The translations under genes and the position numbers were made by a program. Source: a virus (Duplodnaviria > Caudoviricetes). From it: 64,000 bases of DNA. Numbering within the stretch: the first letter of the stretch is position 1; each line of letters starts with the position of its first letter. Positions 8,759 through 17,997 of the stretch are shown piece by piece. The notes beneath the pieces were generated by a model. It saw only the letters and a list, made by a program, of their open reading frames with translations, ran no database searches and had not been told where the DNA came from. The stretch is from the IMG/VR virus record IMGVR_UViG_2517572207_000003; one strand, written 5' to 3'.

Positions 8759-8905
8759 TTACTTTAACAATTCTTTCGGTGGTTCGGGACTGTGAATCCA
8801 TGACAGACTTGCCGTGCTCACTGATGCAACTGCAAGTATTGTCAACATTGCAGCAATATTGTAATACATACTAGCCTTCACTTTACTCGGTTTGGTTTTC
8901 TTCAT
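8759..8905 (-). CDS. agrD: AgrD-like cyclic lactone autoinducer propeptide (48 aa, not in ORF track)
   Basis: RBS AAGGAGGTG; MKKTKPSKVKASMYYNIAAMLTILAVASVSTASLSWIHSPEPPKELLK; H-x-P-E-x-P-K-x-L tail as in clostridial AgrD; overlaps the agrB 3' end. Confidence 0.9.
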   Translation of the reverse strand: MKKTKPSKVKASMYYNIAAMLTILAVASVSTASLSWIHSPEPPKELLK

Positions 8906-9437
8906 TTTTCACACCTCCTTCTATTAGTGTTAAACTCTGAACAAAAAAACTGGCAGCTACCACTGGAAAAGCCAACCACAGATTTAGAGCAACAATTGCA
9001 ACTCCCATAAACTTTAGCAACGGATAGTGCTTCTTTGATATACGCGTCTTCCCCTCCACCCTCGATGGCGCGTAAATCAAGATAAGCACAATACTTATTA
9101 TCGACGTAATAACGATCCAATTGTAATTAAAACTTGCGAAAGATAAAGCAGTAAGTAGAACTGTAGATACAACAATACACACTATATTGCTCTTTAAATG
9201 TATTCCTCCTACAATTTGGCGCAACATTGAAAAAGATATCATAGCTAGCAAAGCTTCCTGCATTCTGTCCGTAAAAAATGAGATACCTATAGTCAGTAAA
9301 ATAATTGAGACTGTATTGATCGCAACGGATATCCCGTGTTTTAGAACATCTATAGATGAAGGATGATCAGGGACAACTGTTTTGATGTGAGTCGCAATAT
9401 TAAGAGCGATGGTGTCAAGGCTTTTTATAGTAATCAC
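8883..9437 (-). CDS. agrB: AgrB-family peptide-processing membrane protein
   Basis: LRQIVGGIHLKSNIVC retains the catalytic His and Cys; YAPS motif; multi-TM. Confidence 0.92.
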   Translation of the reverse strand: MITIKSLDTIALNIATHIKTVVPDHPSSIDVLKHGISVAINTVSIILLTIGISFFTDRMQEALLAMISFSMLRQIVGGIHLKSNIVCIVVSTVLLTALSFASFNYNWIVITSIISIVLILIYAPSRVEGKTRISKKHYPLLKFMGVAIVALNLWLAFPVVAASFFVQSLTLIEGGVKNEENQTE

Positions 9438-10047
9438 GCTCCGTTTTTAATGCATAATATAAAAACATGGCAGATGCTAAGGCAATAAATAGAATACTCA
9501 AGAAGAAATTATTGACGTAAAACATAAATGCACAAGCTGCCAATACTCCTATTATTAAGATAATAACGAGTACATACTCCCACTTAAAACGTAGATTTTC
9601 ATAATCTGCCGTAAAGCCTATTTTAAATTTATACAGGAACCACGAAATAGCTAACACCCATGCACTAGTTACCGCTTGCGCTAACGATCCTTCTGCTGAG
9701 GTCTGCATTTCTGTTGTCAAGGTACCAAAAAGCATTAATATAACCGCCGCTTGGAATAATGTGTACAAAAAAGTGCCTGTAATGGATATGATGGCTGCCC
9801 AAATAATCGGCATCCTAACAACAGTGGTTATTAATAACGTGAACAATATAATGTTTATGGTTGGAGCAAAGAAAGATAAAGATGTCTCTTCTCTCAAGAT
9901 AAAGCTCTGCAAATTCATTATCAATCCAATAAACAATGCAGGCCATATATAGTCTAAGGCTCTAACTCTAAAAATAGTTAACATTAAAACAAACGCCGCA
10001 AATGTTTCTACAGTCGAGAAAAGCAAGAACCGTACAGGCTCCCACAT
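9415..10047 (-). CDS. Polytopic membrane protein, putative AgrC-like sensor without a kinase domain
   Basis: About 7 hydrophobic segments in 210 aa; no HisKA/HATPase; first gene of the operon, overlapping agrB. Confidence 0.6.
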   Translation of the reverse strand: MWEPVRFLLFSTVETFAAFVLMLTIFRVRALDYIWPALFIGLIMNLQSFILREETSLSFFAPTINIILFTLLITTVVRMPIIWAAIISITGTFLYTLFQAAVILMLFGTLTTEMQTSAEGSLAQAVTSAWVLAISWFLYKFKIGFTADYENLRFKWEYVLVIILIIGVLAACAFMFYVNNFFLSILFIALASAMFLYYALKTERDYYKKP

Positions 10048-10072
10048 AACACATAACCCCTTCTCATAATTG

Positions 10073-10105
10073 GTAACAAATATGCTTTAATTCTATATTT
10101 GTTAC
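10073..10105. promoter_or_regulatory. 11-bp inverted repeat upstream of the agr-like operon
   Basis: GTAACAAATAT-N11-ATATTTGTTAC. Confidence 0.5.
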
Positions 10106-10171
10106 TTGTTAGAGGCAATCCAATTACCATGTTAAATGGAAGTATTTATGTATTATGTGAGGTAATTATTT

Positions 10172-10504
10172 TCAGCCTGCCGATATAATATCCTCAAGCC
10201 TAATCCAACTAAAGTCATCTTCCCCACGAAACAGTTTTACTTCGCGTCTAGCGGTGTTAATTGACGTTACTACACCAGTCATGTCCGTATCGTCAAACGG
10301 GCTAAATACGGTCACGCTGACAGGCTGGCGTGAGTTGTAAGAGTCTATTAAAGCCTGCTCAATCAATTGTACTTCCTGGTCATCCAATTCTGGTTTACCG
10401 CGCCGTTGACGGTCTTTCATAAGTTTTAAGTATCCTTCTTTATGTTCGGGCAAAATGATGCGTGAACTCTCCCATAAACCATTACCCTCAAGTCTCTTTC
10501 CCAT
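10172..10504 (-). CDS. YolD-like protein
   Basis: WESSRIILPEHK...PELDDQE...WIRLEDII signature. Confidence 0.88.
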   Translation of the reverse strand: MGKRLEGNGLWESSRIILPEHKEGYLKLMKDRQRRGKPELDDQEVQLIEQALIDSYNSRQPVSVTVFSPFDDTDMTGVVTSINTARREVKLFRGEDDFSWIRLEDIISAG

Positions 10505-10556
10505 TTATGTAGCCTCCTGTTGTGTTCTCCTGATGTGTTATGTAGAAATTATATTC

Positions 10557-10570
10557 CGAACACTTGTTCC
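10557..10570. promoter_or_regulatory. LexA/DinR box
   Basis: CGAACACTTGTTCC upstream of the yolD-like gene. Confidence 0.75.
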
Positions 10571-10626
10571 TTACAAGGGATATCATTTCCAGTACGCAAA
10601 AAAATAAACCTCAGATTATCCGAGGT

Positions 10627-10899
10627 TTAATATTCCGTAAAATATCTATTCGCATCACCCGGCGACATCGGTCTACTTCGTCCGCGCTCCCAGCCCTCTA
10701 TAATAACGATATGCCGCGTATCTGACTGGTCTTCCCATGTAATATAATTGTCACTCTCCAAGGACAACAGACCCGACTTTATGTCCTCTACACTCCTACC
10801 TGTCTTAATCTCCAATTCCTGCATTGTAGGCATACGCCGCTGTTGTGCAAAAAAATTATAAAGTATCCTTAATAACTTACGTTCGATGTCTGATAACAT
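10627..10899 (-). CDS. Small winged-helix protein resembling a LexA DNA-binding domain
   Basis: LSDIERKLLRIL...RMPTMQELEIKTGRS; SOS-like box CAAACAAGCGTTCG at 10930-10943. Confidence 0.6.
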   Translation of the reverse strand: MLSDIERKLLRILYNFFAQQRRMPTMQELEIKTGRSVEDIKSGLLSLESDNYITWEDQSDTRHIVIIEGWERGRSRPMSPGDANRYFTEY

Positions 10900-11148
10900 G
10901 TATGATCACTCCTCTGCAATTATTATATGCAAACAAGCGTTCGTTATTCAACATAAAAAAATGCTCCGCTGGCAGCCTAATTGCCAGCGGAGCTAGTACT
11001 TTCTTTGGCACTTACGGGCTTAAAATAAACACGCCTACAGAGTGCCATTACATCTTAATCAGCATTTACAATGCGGAAATCAAGTTCAATTCAAACACTC
11101 ACATAGAGTGCAGCTTTACGGTTAGGTTACTAAATAATTTGAGTTTAC

Positions 11149-11565
11149 TTACTTTGCAGTAGGGTAATCTTTAACACCTAGTCTTTCCTTAAGCGCGTGC
11201 TGTAACACCTGTGAAAAGTTAATTTTCTCACGAGTAGCTTCCCGCTCAAGCCAGCGTGGAAGTGTGACATTTTTGGTCACTGCTTTGTTCATCATTTCGT
11301 CCCTGATCGTCCCCATCCTTATCTCGATCAAAGTGATGAAAGAATCGGGTGGCAATTGAATGCTCGCTGGATCAGAAGCTGGCGGAATCACTTCGTTGTC
11401 CTCTTCAAGGCCAAACAATTGCAGCTCTAAGCACTCCTTCGCCATTCGCAAAGCCTCAGACATATCATCGCCTTCTGTTATCGCTCCAGGAAGATCCGGA
11501 AAAGTGACTGTGTAACCTTTCACTTCACCCTTTTCAAATATTGCAGGGTAAATGTATTTATCCAT
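11149..11565 (-). CDS. hicB: HicB antitoxin
   Basis: YTVTFPDLPGAITEGDDMSEALRMAKECL; C-terminal KNVTLPRWL...INFSQVLQ RHH. Confidence 0.93.
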   Translation of the reverse strand: MDKYIYPAIFEKGEVKGYTVTFPDLPGAITEGDDMSEALRMAKECLELQLFGLEEDNEVIPPASDPASIQLPPDSFITLIEIRMGTIRDEMMNKAVTKNVTLPRWLEREATREKINFSQVLQHALKERLGVKDYPTAK

Positions 11566-11591
11566 ATATATGAACCTCCTTTTGAGGGGGG

Positions 11592-11780
11592 CTATTTAAG
11601 CCCCGCCTGTTTGAGTATTGTGTCTGCTGTTTTGGGGTCAAGGTCTTTTCTTGGATGCGGTACTGTGACGAGACCCGACTTAGTAGGATGTTTGAATTGA
11701 TGATGACTCCCTCTAACCCTAGCTAAGTACCACCCATCTGCTTCGATTATCTTTATCATGCTACGTGATGAGTAGTTCAA
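11592..11780 (-). CDS. hicA: HicA mRNA interferase toxin
   Basis: DGWYLARVRGSHHQFKHP...VTVPHPRKDL...ILKQAGL. Confidence 0.93.
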   Translation of the reverse strand: MNYSSRSMIKIIEADGWYLARVRGSHHQFKHPTKSGLVTVPHPRKDLDPKTADTILKQAGLK

Positions 11781-11812
11781 ATCATATCCTCCTCTCTATA
11801 TTTATTATAACA

Positions 11813-11857
11813 CGCATAAAATATGCACGTCAATAAAATACATGCATATTTTATGCG
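11813..11857. promoter_or_regulatory. hicAB operator inverted repeat
   Basis: CGCATAAAATATGCA-N15-TGCATATTTTATGCG. Confidence 0.6.
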
Positions 11858-11968
11858 CATGGCTTTAATAACAAATGATCCTTCTTAATAATTAAGGTTA
11901 GCAGGCCTTTTCCTCTCCAATACTTACCGCCTCACTACTTCATAAATGAGCGTTATAATTAATCTGAG

Positions 11969-12838
11969 GTGGTCTATTTGTTTATTTCTCCAATGTTACT
12001 TGAAACAGCGGCTGCCCCCTTTTCGGATTCGCGCTATATCTTCGAACCGAAAATAGACGGCCACCGCTTAATATATTCGCAACAGAACGGCATTGTACGC
12101 TTATTCACGCGCCATAACAATGACTGCACACGCCAATACCCGGAGATAGCTAGCGTTACATTCCCGCATGACATTGTGTTGGACGGTGAGATTGCGTGCG
12201 TTGATCCGACAACGGGTGTATCGGATTTTGAATCCGTTATGTCCCGCTTCCAGGCGAGGAAAACGGACAAGATTACTAAGCTCGTAGCTGAATTACCGGC
12301 TACTTTCGTTGTCTTCGATGTCTTGAGCTTTAAAGGCGAGGACTTGCGGAGCCTTCCGCTTATGGAACGCAAGTCCATACTCGCTAGTCTAACGCTTCCT
12401 AGCCCTAGTTTCGGGGTTGTTCCGTATATTGAAGGCGCCGGGGAGGCGTTGTTCGAGCAGATAGAAGCGCGCGGCATGGAAGGCCTGGTCGCCAAGCGTA
12501 AGGATAGTATGTATATCAGCCGCCGATCAGCGTCCTGGCAGAAGGTCATTAACTGGTCCTATGCCGATGTGTACATTACGGGTTATCGTAAAGAGGAATT
12601 CGGATGGCTTGTATCAGTGCCTAATGAGCGCGGTAACCTTCGTCCCGCCGGCATTATTGAGCACGGAGCTAGCCCAATGCACAAGAAGGCGTTCTATGGC
12701 GTCGTGGCACCGTTAAAGACCGATGAGGATCGCGAATTTGTTTACGTGGAGCCGCGCATAAGAGCCCGTGTTAAAATGCGAAACTGGACTAAGGCGGGTA
12801 ACTTGCGGATACCAGTATTTACGGAATTTATAGTTTAA
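11969..12838 (+). CDS. ATP-dependent DNA ligase (LigD-type ligase domain)
   Basis: EPKIDGHR (motif I), LDGEI, FDVL, EGLVAKRKDSMY, GNLRIPVF. Confidence 0.92.
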   Translation: MVYLFISPMLLETAAAPFSDSRYIFEPKIDGHRLIYSQQNGIVRLFTRHNNDCTRQYPEIASVTFPHDIVLDGEIACVDPTTGVSDFESVMSRFQARKTDKITKLVAELPATFVVFDVLSFKGEDLRSLPLMERKSILASLTLPSPSFGVVPYIEGAGEALFEQIEARGMEGLVAKRKDSMYISRRSASWQKVINWSYADVYITGYRKEEFGWLVSVPNERGNLRPAGIIEHGASPMHKKAFYGVVAPLKTDEDREFVYVEPRIRARVKMRNWTKAGNLRIPVFTEFIV

Positions 12839-12868
12839 ACAAAAGAAATTCCCGCCGACCAATTAAGG

Positions 12869-13099
12869 TTAGCGGGGATTTTTGTCTACTCTAAATTCAA
12901 ATTGGTTCCGTATGTAATAAGCTCCAGCAATCTTAACCGAATCAGGCGAAAACTTTTCTATAGTGCCACCATAGTCTACAACCGATATAAAATCCTCGCC
13001 TAACGACTGAACAACGTACACCTTTACCTGGCTTAATGCAGCTGCAAATAGTTCTATATCTGACTTTAACACTTTATATGTATGGTTCATGTTGATCAC
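12869..13099 (-). CDS. Hypothetical protein
   Basis: RBS GAGGTG; convergent with the ligase across a hairpin. Confidence 0.65.
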   Translation of the reverse strand: MINMNHTYKVLKSDIELFAAALSQVKVYVVQSLGEDFISVVDYGGTIEKFSPDSVKIAGAYYIRNQFEFRVDKNPR

Positions 13100-13350
13100 C
13101 TCAGAATAGGTTTTATGAGATATTCTTCGTTGTAGGTAATCTGTAACGGCTTTTCCATATTACCGAACATTTTTCTTAACAGCCTCAGAATGTGTACTCA
13201 ATAGTAATTCCTGCTGGCAATTCTGGCCGGTGGTCATCCCATCTTTTCGTAGATCATAACATGGGTATGTTTAATTAATGATTTTACTAGGCTATATAAT
13301 GAGCAGAAGAAAAGCACCTATATAGGTGCTTTTCAAACAGAAAGCAATTC

Positions 13351-13809
13351 TCAACGATCAAAATCCCTCTTAATATTCAAGCTATAACCAAGTCCTTTAC
13401 CGTTACCACCCCAAGCCCCATCATGACCTATGACTTTAAAATAGATCACATCCCCAGGGAGCAGGCCACTAGTGCCACAGACATCATTCTTCCCTTGTCC
13501 ATTGTCTTGAGCTTCAAGCACCTCTTCTTCACCTTTATCAGGATAGTAAGCAACTATATCATAATTGATATATTGTTGACTTTTTAAAGTGGCAATTGCC
13601 GTCATTTCTTTGCTTCTCGAAGTATTTACTACTTTAAACCAATCTACATCATTTTTGTCCAGATATGATCCAAAATTAAAGTTACTACTTTGTACATTTA
13701 AGGCTGTTTCTCTAGTGTCATTCTGACCAGATATTGCGAAAGCACTTTGCGACAATGTCAATGTCAATGTCGCAGCAAAAAGGACTGATAATACCTTTCT
13801 TATTTTCAT
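13351..13809 (-). CDS. Secreted protein, PPC-like beta-sandwich (moron)
   Basis: Signal peptide ending SAFA; NDTRETA and DVDWFK motifs. Confidence 0.65.
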   Translation of the reverse strand: MKIRKVLSVLFAATLTLTLSQSAFAISGQNDTRETALNVQSSNFNFGSYLDKNDVDWFKVVNTSRSKEMTAIATLKSQQYINYDIVAYYPDKGEEEVLEAQDNGQGKNDVCGTSGLLPGDVIYFKVIGHDGAWGGNGKGLGYSLNIKRDFDR

Positions 13810-13931
13810 GTTTATTCCACCTTTCGTCATTATAAAGAATCAGCCGATTCGATTCTATTTTATTACATATCATATTAAGATTTGAGACGCGCTTGATTTA
13901 CAATTATTGATATTTTGTAGATTATTTATTA

Positions 13932-14642
13932 TTATTTGCTTCCCATTTTTAGTCTATAAACTGCATCAAAATCTGACGGTCTCCATTCATAATTAACATT
14001 CCCTTCTTTCCAGGTTGTATGAAGTATGAGTTTTCTTTCCTGGCCAGAGGCATTTTGCTTATAACCAACAATAACTAGAGCATGTCCGCCTTCTATTGAT
14101 CTTCTATCATCTTGGTATCTTTTCATTGTTAGCCAAAGAGGTCTACCTGCATTAATTTCCTCTGTTATCAGATTCCAAGCTTTTTCTTGTGCAGAGTTTG
14201 TGGCAAAACCATAGCCCCCAAATGAATATATGTACCCTACATCATCTAAATATCTAGCAAAGGCATTTACTGCTCGTACGAAGGGCACGCCGCCATCTTT
14301 GTCAGGATGGAAATATTTATCTGCCAAAATATCTTGTAGTTCATCATCTGATACGCCACGGTCAATTAATAATGGATATCCATGACTCTCCCAATACTTG
14401 ATAATCATAGCTGCCGATGATATGGTACATCCTCTTCCCCAATCGAAGTCGGGCACGTCTGAAATTCTTTTCAGTCCAATAATACTTGGGGTAATAACTT
14501 GAGTAATATCTGGAGTAGTAGATTGAGTGGAATAAGTAGAGTCCGTAACAGTGGTTACCTGATCAGCAAAGGCAGCGTTTTCAGGAAGTAAACCTACAAC
14601 AACAGAACCAAGCAAAGCGGGAATCATAATTTTTTTAAGCAT
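13932..14642 (-). CDS. Secreted C39-like/papain-fold peptidase (moron)
   Basis: Signal peptide ending AAFA; GCTISSAAMIIKYW, EINAGRP, GHALVIVGY. Confidence 0.75.
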   Translation of the reverse strand: MLKKIMIPALLGSVVVGLLPENAAFADQVTTVTDSTYSTQSTTPDITQVITPSIIGLKRISDVPDFDWGRGCTISSAAMIIKYWESHGYPLLIDRGVSDDELQDILADKYFHPDKDGGVPFVRAVNAFARYLDDVGYIYSFGGYGFATNSAQEKAWNLITEEINAGRPLWLTMKRYQDDRRSIEGGHALVIVGYKQNASGQERKLILHTTWKEGNVNYEWRPSDFDAVYRLKMGSK

Positions 14643-14816
14643 TTTGATCCTCCATTTTTTTGGTATTATATTCAATACATTTCCATAATATAGAACATTT
14701 CGCGATTCAACTGTGATTGATTTCACACAACACTATAATCTATTTACATCTAACCTAAATTCAAACTGATCAATGAAAAAAGCTCTGCCAACCAATCAAG
14801 GTTAGCTGAGCTTTTG

Positions 14817-15263
14817 CTATTTAACGAAAAATTCAACTTTCGTTCCATCTTTATATTCATCCAATTTGTGACCTACCCACGATCCAGCTCCACGATTATC
14901 CTTTGGACTTATGTACTTAATGTCTGCACCCTTTCCACCTTCGGAACACATTGCCATAGGCCATCCATCTCGATCCTTACCCTTCTTGGTGGGTACACCC
15001 TTTAGGGACAGCTCGCGATTATGGTCGGCTCCTTCACGGTCAATTGTGCATACTGGTGATTTTCCCGCCTGAATGGCTTCCTTGATGTGCTGGGCCGTTT
15101 CTGGGTACTTGGCTGACGGAAACTCCAGCTTGACCGTATCGGCAGATACCTGCGTTACCGGAACGGATACAGGGTCGCTCTTAGTGGTCTTTACAACGTC
15201 TTGTTGTAGGCTGCAGCCAGCTAATAGGATTGTAATTAGTACGGTAAATATCCACCTAAACAT
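14817..15263 (-). CDS. NucA/NucB-family DNase lipoprotein (DRDE changed to DRDG)
   Basis: Lipobox LAGC; [36 protein letters not shown]. Confidence 0.88.
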   Translation of the reverse strand: MFRWIFTVLITILLAGCSLQQDVVKTTKSDPVSVPVTQVSADTVKLEFPSAKYPETAQHIKEAIQAGKSPVCTIDREGADHNRELSLKGVPTKKGKDRDGWPMAMCSEGGKGADIKYISPKDNRGAGSWVGHKLDEYKDGTKVEFFVK

Positions 15264-15283
15264 ATGTAAACCTCCCTAAACGT

Positions 15284-15334
15284 AAAACACCCCACCGGCT
15301 TGAGCCAGCAGAGTGCTACCGATGCTTTCGGATT
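15284..15334. repeat. Repeated terminator-like element (also 16757-16808, 17316-17350, 17953-17990)
   Basis: AAAACACCCCACC..GCCAGCAG.GT..ACCGATGCTTTCGGATT shared by the first two copies; shorter matches in the others. Confidence 0.65.
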
Positions 15335-15875
15335 ATAAGATAAGTATAATTGTTTTGGGTGATTTTGTAAATGCAATATGTATGGTTCATACTGAAAGCC
15401 TCTGCAAATATTATATGTAAACAAGTGTTCGTTGTCCAAGGCAAAAAAAGAGCAGTTAGAGTTCTATTCCTCCTGCCCTTTTCTGTTTTCGATCTGGTGC
15501 ATTTCAATTACTCTTGATCCTTTGGATACTTTATTAGGGTGGCTATAGCCACCTTCAAGGCTCAAGCTCCAATTGAATTGAGCTATTTAGCACGGGGCTG
15601 AATGAATGCTGCTAAAAATGTGGATGCGACTCCAAGCTGAAGCCCAAGCATCCGGAACGCGGCAGCTCTCTCCGATTCGAACGAGATCCACGCAGCGCTA
15701 TAGCGCCCACTGGCGTCACATAGGCGTTGTTGACAAAAATCTACAACTCTATTTAATAGAAAGATGAGGTTACAATGATATGGAAAATATAACCTATATG
15801 TTCCATCAATAGTTTACTTCATCCTTATATTTAAGGATTTAGTATAAAAATAATTTGGAAGAGGTGCGTATTAAA

Positions 15876-16382
15876 ATGAGTAAAAAACTGTCGTCTCTAT
15901 TTTTATCCTTTCTAATTTCAGTGATATTAGTTGTCCCGGTATCTGCCCAAAGCGTCACCCCTACTCAAGATCAGTCCTCATCAGTCGAAAATTCTATTCA
16001 AGCTCAGCCCTTATCAGTCGAACCATCTTCTTCACAATTAGCTCCTGATTCCTCAAATTCCAATGAAAGTATCCAATCAATAATAGCGCCTGTGTGGGTA
16101 ACCAAATCGTTTAATGTAACTAAGAATGGAAGAACAGTAACGGTGGAGTGGGGTATTGCAACGGACTCAATTATAAGAGAAGTCAATGCTTCTTTTAAAA
16201 CGGGAGCCGGTTGGACGGAAGCTACCAGTTTTAAAGGGCCGAATACTGGGGGAGTAACTCTCAGTCAAACATGGGAATACAGTCAACCAGGGACTTACAC
16301 AGTCGGCGGAGTTGCTCAACTTTATACAGATAAAGGACCTGCATCTTGCTTTTCGCCTCCAAGAGTAGTAGTTATTAATTAA
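15876..16382 (+). CDS. Secreted protein with a PKD/Ig-like C-terminus (moron)
   Basis: Signal peptide, Ser/Gln-rich linker, WEYSQPGTYTV. Confidence 0.65.
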   Translation: MSKKLSSLFLSFLISVILVVPVSAQSVTPTQDQSSSVENSIQAQPLSVEPSSSQLAPDSSNSNESIQSIIAPVWVTKSFNVTKNGRTVTVEWGIATDSIIREVNASFKTGAGWTEATSFKGPNTGGVTLSQTWEYSQPGTYTVGGVAQLYTDKGPASCFSPPRVVVIN

Positions 16383-16397
16383 AGAGTATTTCTACAC

Positions 16398-16670
16398 TTG
16401 AGAGGTGAGGAATTGAAAGTTATCGAATTAGCAATTGTATTAAATGATAAAGAGGGCTACTACGCTGAAAATTTCGACCTGGTTGCCCTGCCTTTTGTCC
16501 CAAGAAAAGGAGAAATGATTTTATGGAATAATAAACTTTATCGTGTGCTAGATGTTATGTATAGTTTTGATACAAACCCGTACGACTATAATTTTGATGC
16601 TAGCCCAAGCACTCAAAGCTCGGTAGCTCATGATATAACCTATAAAGTTTTTTTGAAACCTGAAGATTAA
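16398..16670 (+). CDS. Hypothetical protein
   Basis: LPFVPRKGE motif; followed by a hairpin at about 16682-16723. Confidence 0.55.
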   Translation: MRGEELKVIELAIVLNDKEGYYAENFDLVALPFVPRKGEMILWNNKLYRVLDVMYSFDTNPYDYNFDASPSTQSSVAHDITYKVFLKPED

Positions 16671-16874
16671 ACAGACATTAAATAAAGTATTTTCTTAGCC
16701 TAAGCACTAAGAAAATACTTTATTTGTTTTTAGCAATAGCACCCCCTATAAAACAGAAAAACACCCCACCAGCGTATGCCAGCAGGGTATCACCGATGCT
16801 TTCGGATTGAAGAGCGTTGTTTTCTTACGTGTGAAATTGTTTATAAACGAAAATAAGAGTTATTAGATACAATA

Positions 16875-17219
16875 TTAGTATTTAATTCTAATCGTTACTG
16901 TTTCCACTTCACCACCAAATCTATCAACAGTCGATATCTCACCAGCATATGCTCCATCTCCAACAGAAATATTTTCTGGGTCTGGATATATTTTAATAAG
17001 CCCTCTTGGGGATACTGTAAAATCATTTGATTTTCCACTCCCCATGTAGTACCAATAACCTGGACCATATCCTAATTGATAAGTCTCATTCGGATGAAGA
17101 GTAACTGTATACCTAAGCGGTTTTGCATCAGCAACTGATGTAAAAGAAGAGAAGCTTGATACAGATAAACCAGTTGTTATAAGCACTCCTAAAAATAATG
17201 AAATAAACATTTTCTTCAT
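16875..17219 (-). CDS. Secreted hypothetical protein (moron)
   Basis: MKKMF signal peptide ending ADA. Confidence 0.65.
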   Translation of the reverse strand: MKKMFISLFLGVLITTGLSVSSFSSFTSVADAKPLRYTVTLHPNETYQLGYGPGYWYYMGSGKSNDFTVSPRGLIKIYPDPENISVGDGAYAGEISTVDRFGGEVETVTIRIKY

Positions 17220-17527
17220 AATAAGTCCCCTTTTCTCAGATATAGGCTTACTATAATTTACCACAGATGAATTTGTCAAGAATTTTCTGGAAAATAAATT
17301 TAAGGCTTCATAAATAAAAGACACCCCACCAACTTGAGTCAGTAAAGTGCCCCTATGGGTTTAAATTGCACAATGGTGCTTCCTTATGTGTTGTTATCAG
17401 TATAATTCGTATGGTCTATATTGTGAATATATATAGAAAAAATTTCCTAGGCCTGATAGACTATATCAAAAACATTGTAATCTATGGATATTAAAAAGGT
17501 TGATTATTTGAGAAAGGAACTGCAAAT

Positions 17528-17953
17528 ATGAACGGTTTATCACTTACTACAATAGTTGGAATTTTTGGTGCTGTTGTTGGAGGAGCTTTAGGTATTTATT
17601 TCAGTTCGTATACTGATGTAGTATGGCTAAGTTACATTATAAGATTGTCACTCGCTGCCCTGTTCGGCTCTCTTTTTTCTTTTCTTGGTTGGTACCTAAA
17701 CAAAGAGGGTCTTTTAGTTAACATATTTCAACTTATAAATTTATTAGTAGGACTATTATTATTCTATTTATTATTTTGTGTAGTTTCTTTTATTGTGTTG
17801 TCTTTTACACCTTTCTCTAAAGAACTTATAAATATTTATGGAACCTATATTCCAATTCCCTTGTCCTTTTTAGCAATAATAATATATATAAAAAAGAAAA
17901 AAATTAGCTTCAAAAAATCGTATGATACAACAGAAGACGATATATATTATTAA
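17528..17953 (+). CDS. 4-TM membrane protein (moron)
   Basis: Four hydrophobic helices, AT-rich, opposite strand to the lysis genes. Confidence 0.65.
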   Translation: MNGLSLTTIVGIFGAVVGGALGIYFSSYTDVVWLSYIIRLSLAALFGSLFSFLGWYLNKEGLLVNIFQLINLLVGLLLFYLLFCVVSFIVLSFTPFSKELINIYGTYIPIPLSFLAIIIYIKKKKISFKKSYDTTEDDIYY

Positions 17954-17997
17954 AAAAGCTACCCTACCAGCAAAAGCGGTAGGGTATTTGCTTTACC

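Noticed and set aside
7668-10047. Arbitrium/RRNPP system
   Set aside because: No TPR receptor; the peptide has AgrD architecture and an AgrB partner
15665-15700. tRNA gene suggested by GTTCGAATC on the minus strand
   Set aside because: No acceptor stem, D arm or anticodon arm could be built
17435-17448. Extra AGGAAA-NN-TTTCCT copies (17435, 45274, 58436)
   Set aside because: One or two mismatches in AT-rich context; could be chance, so not counted
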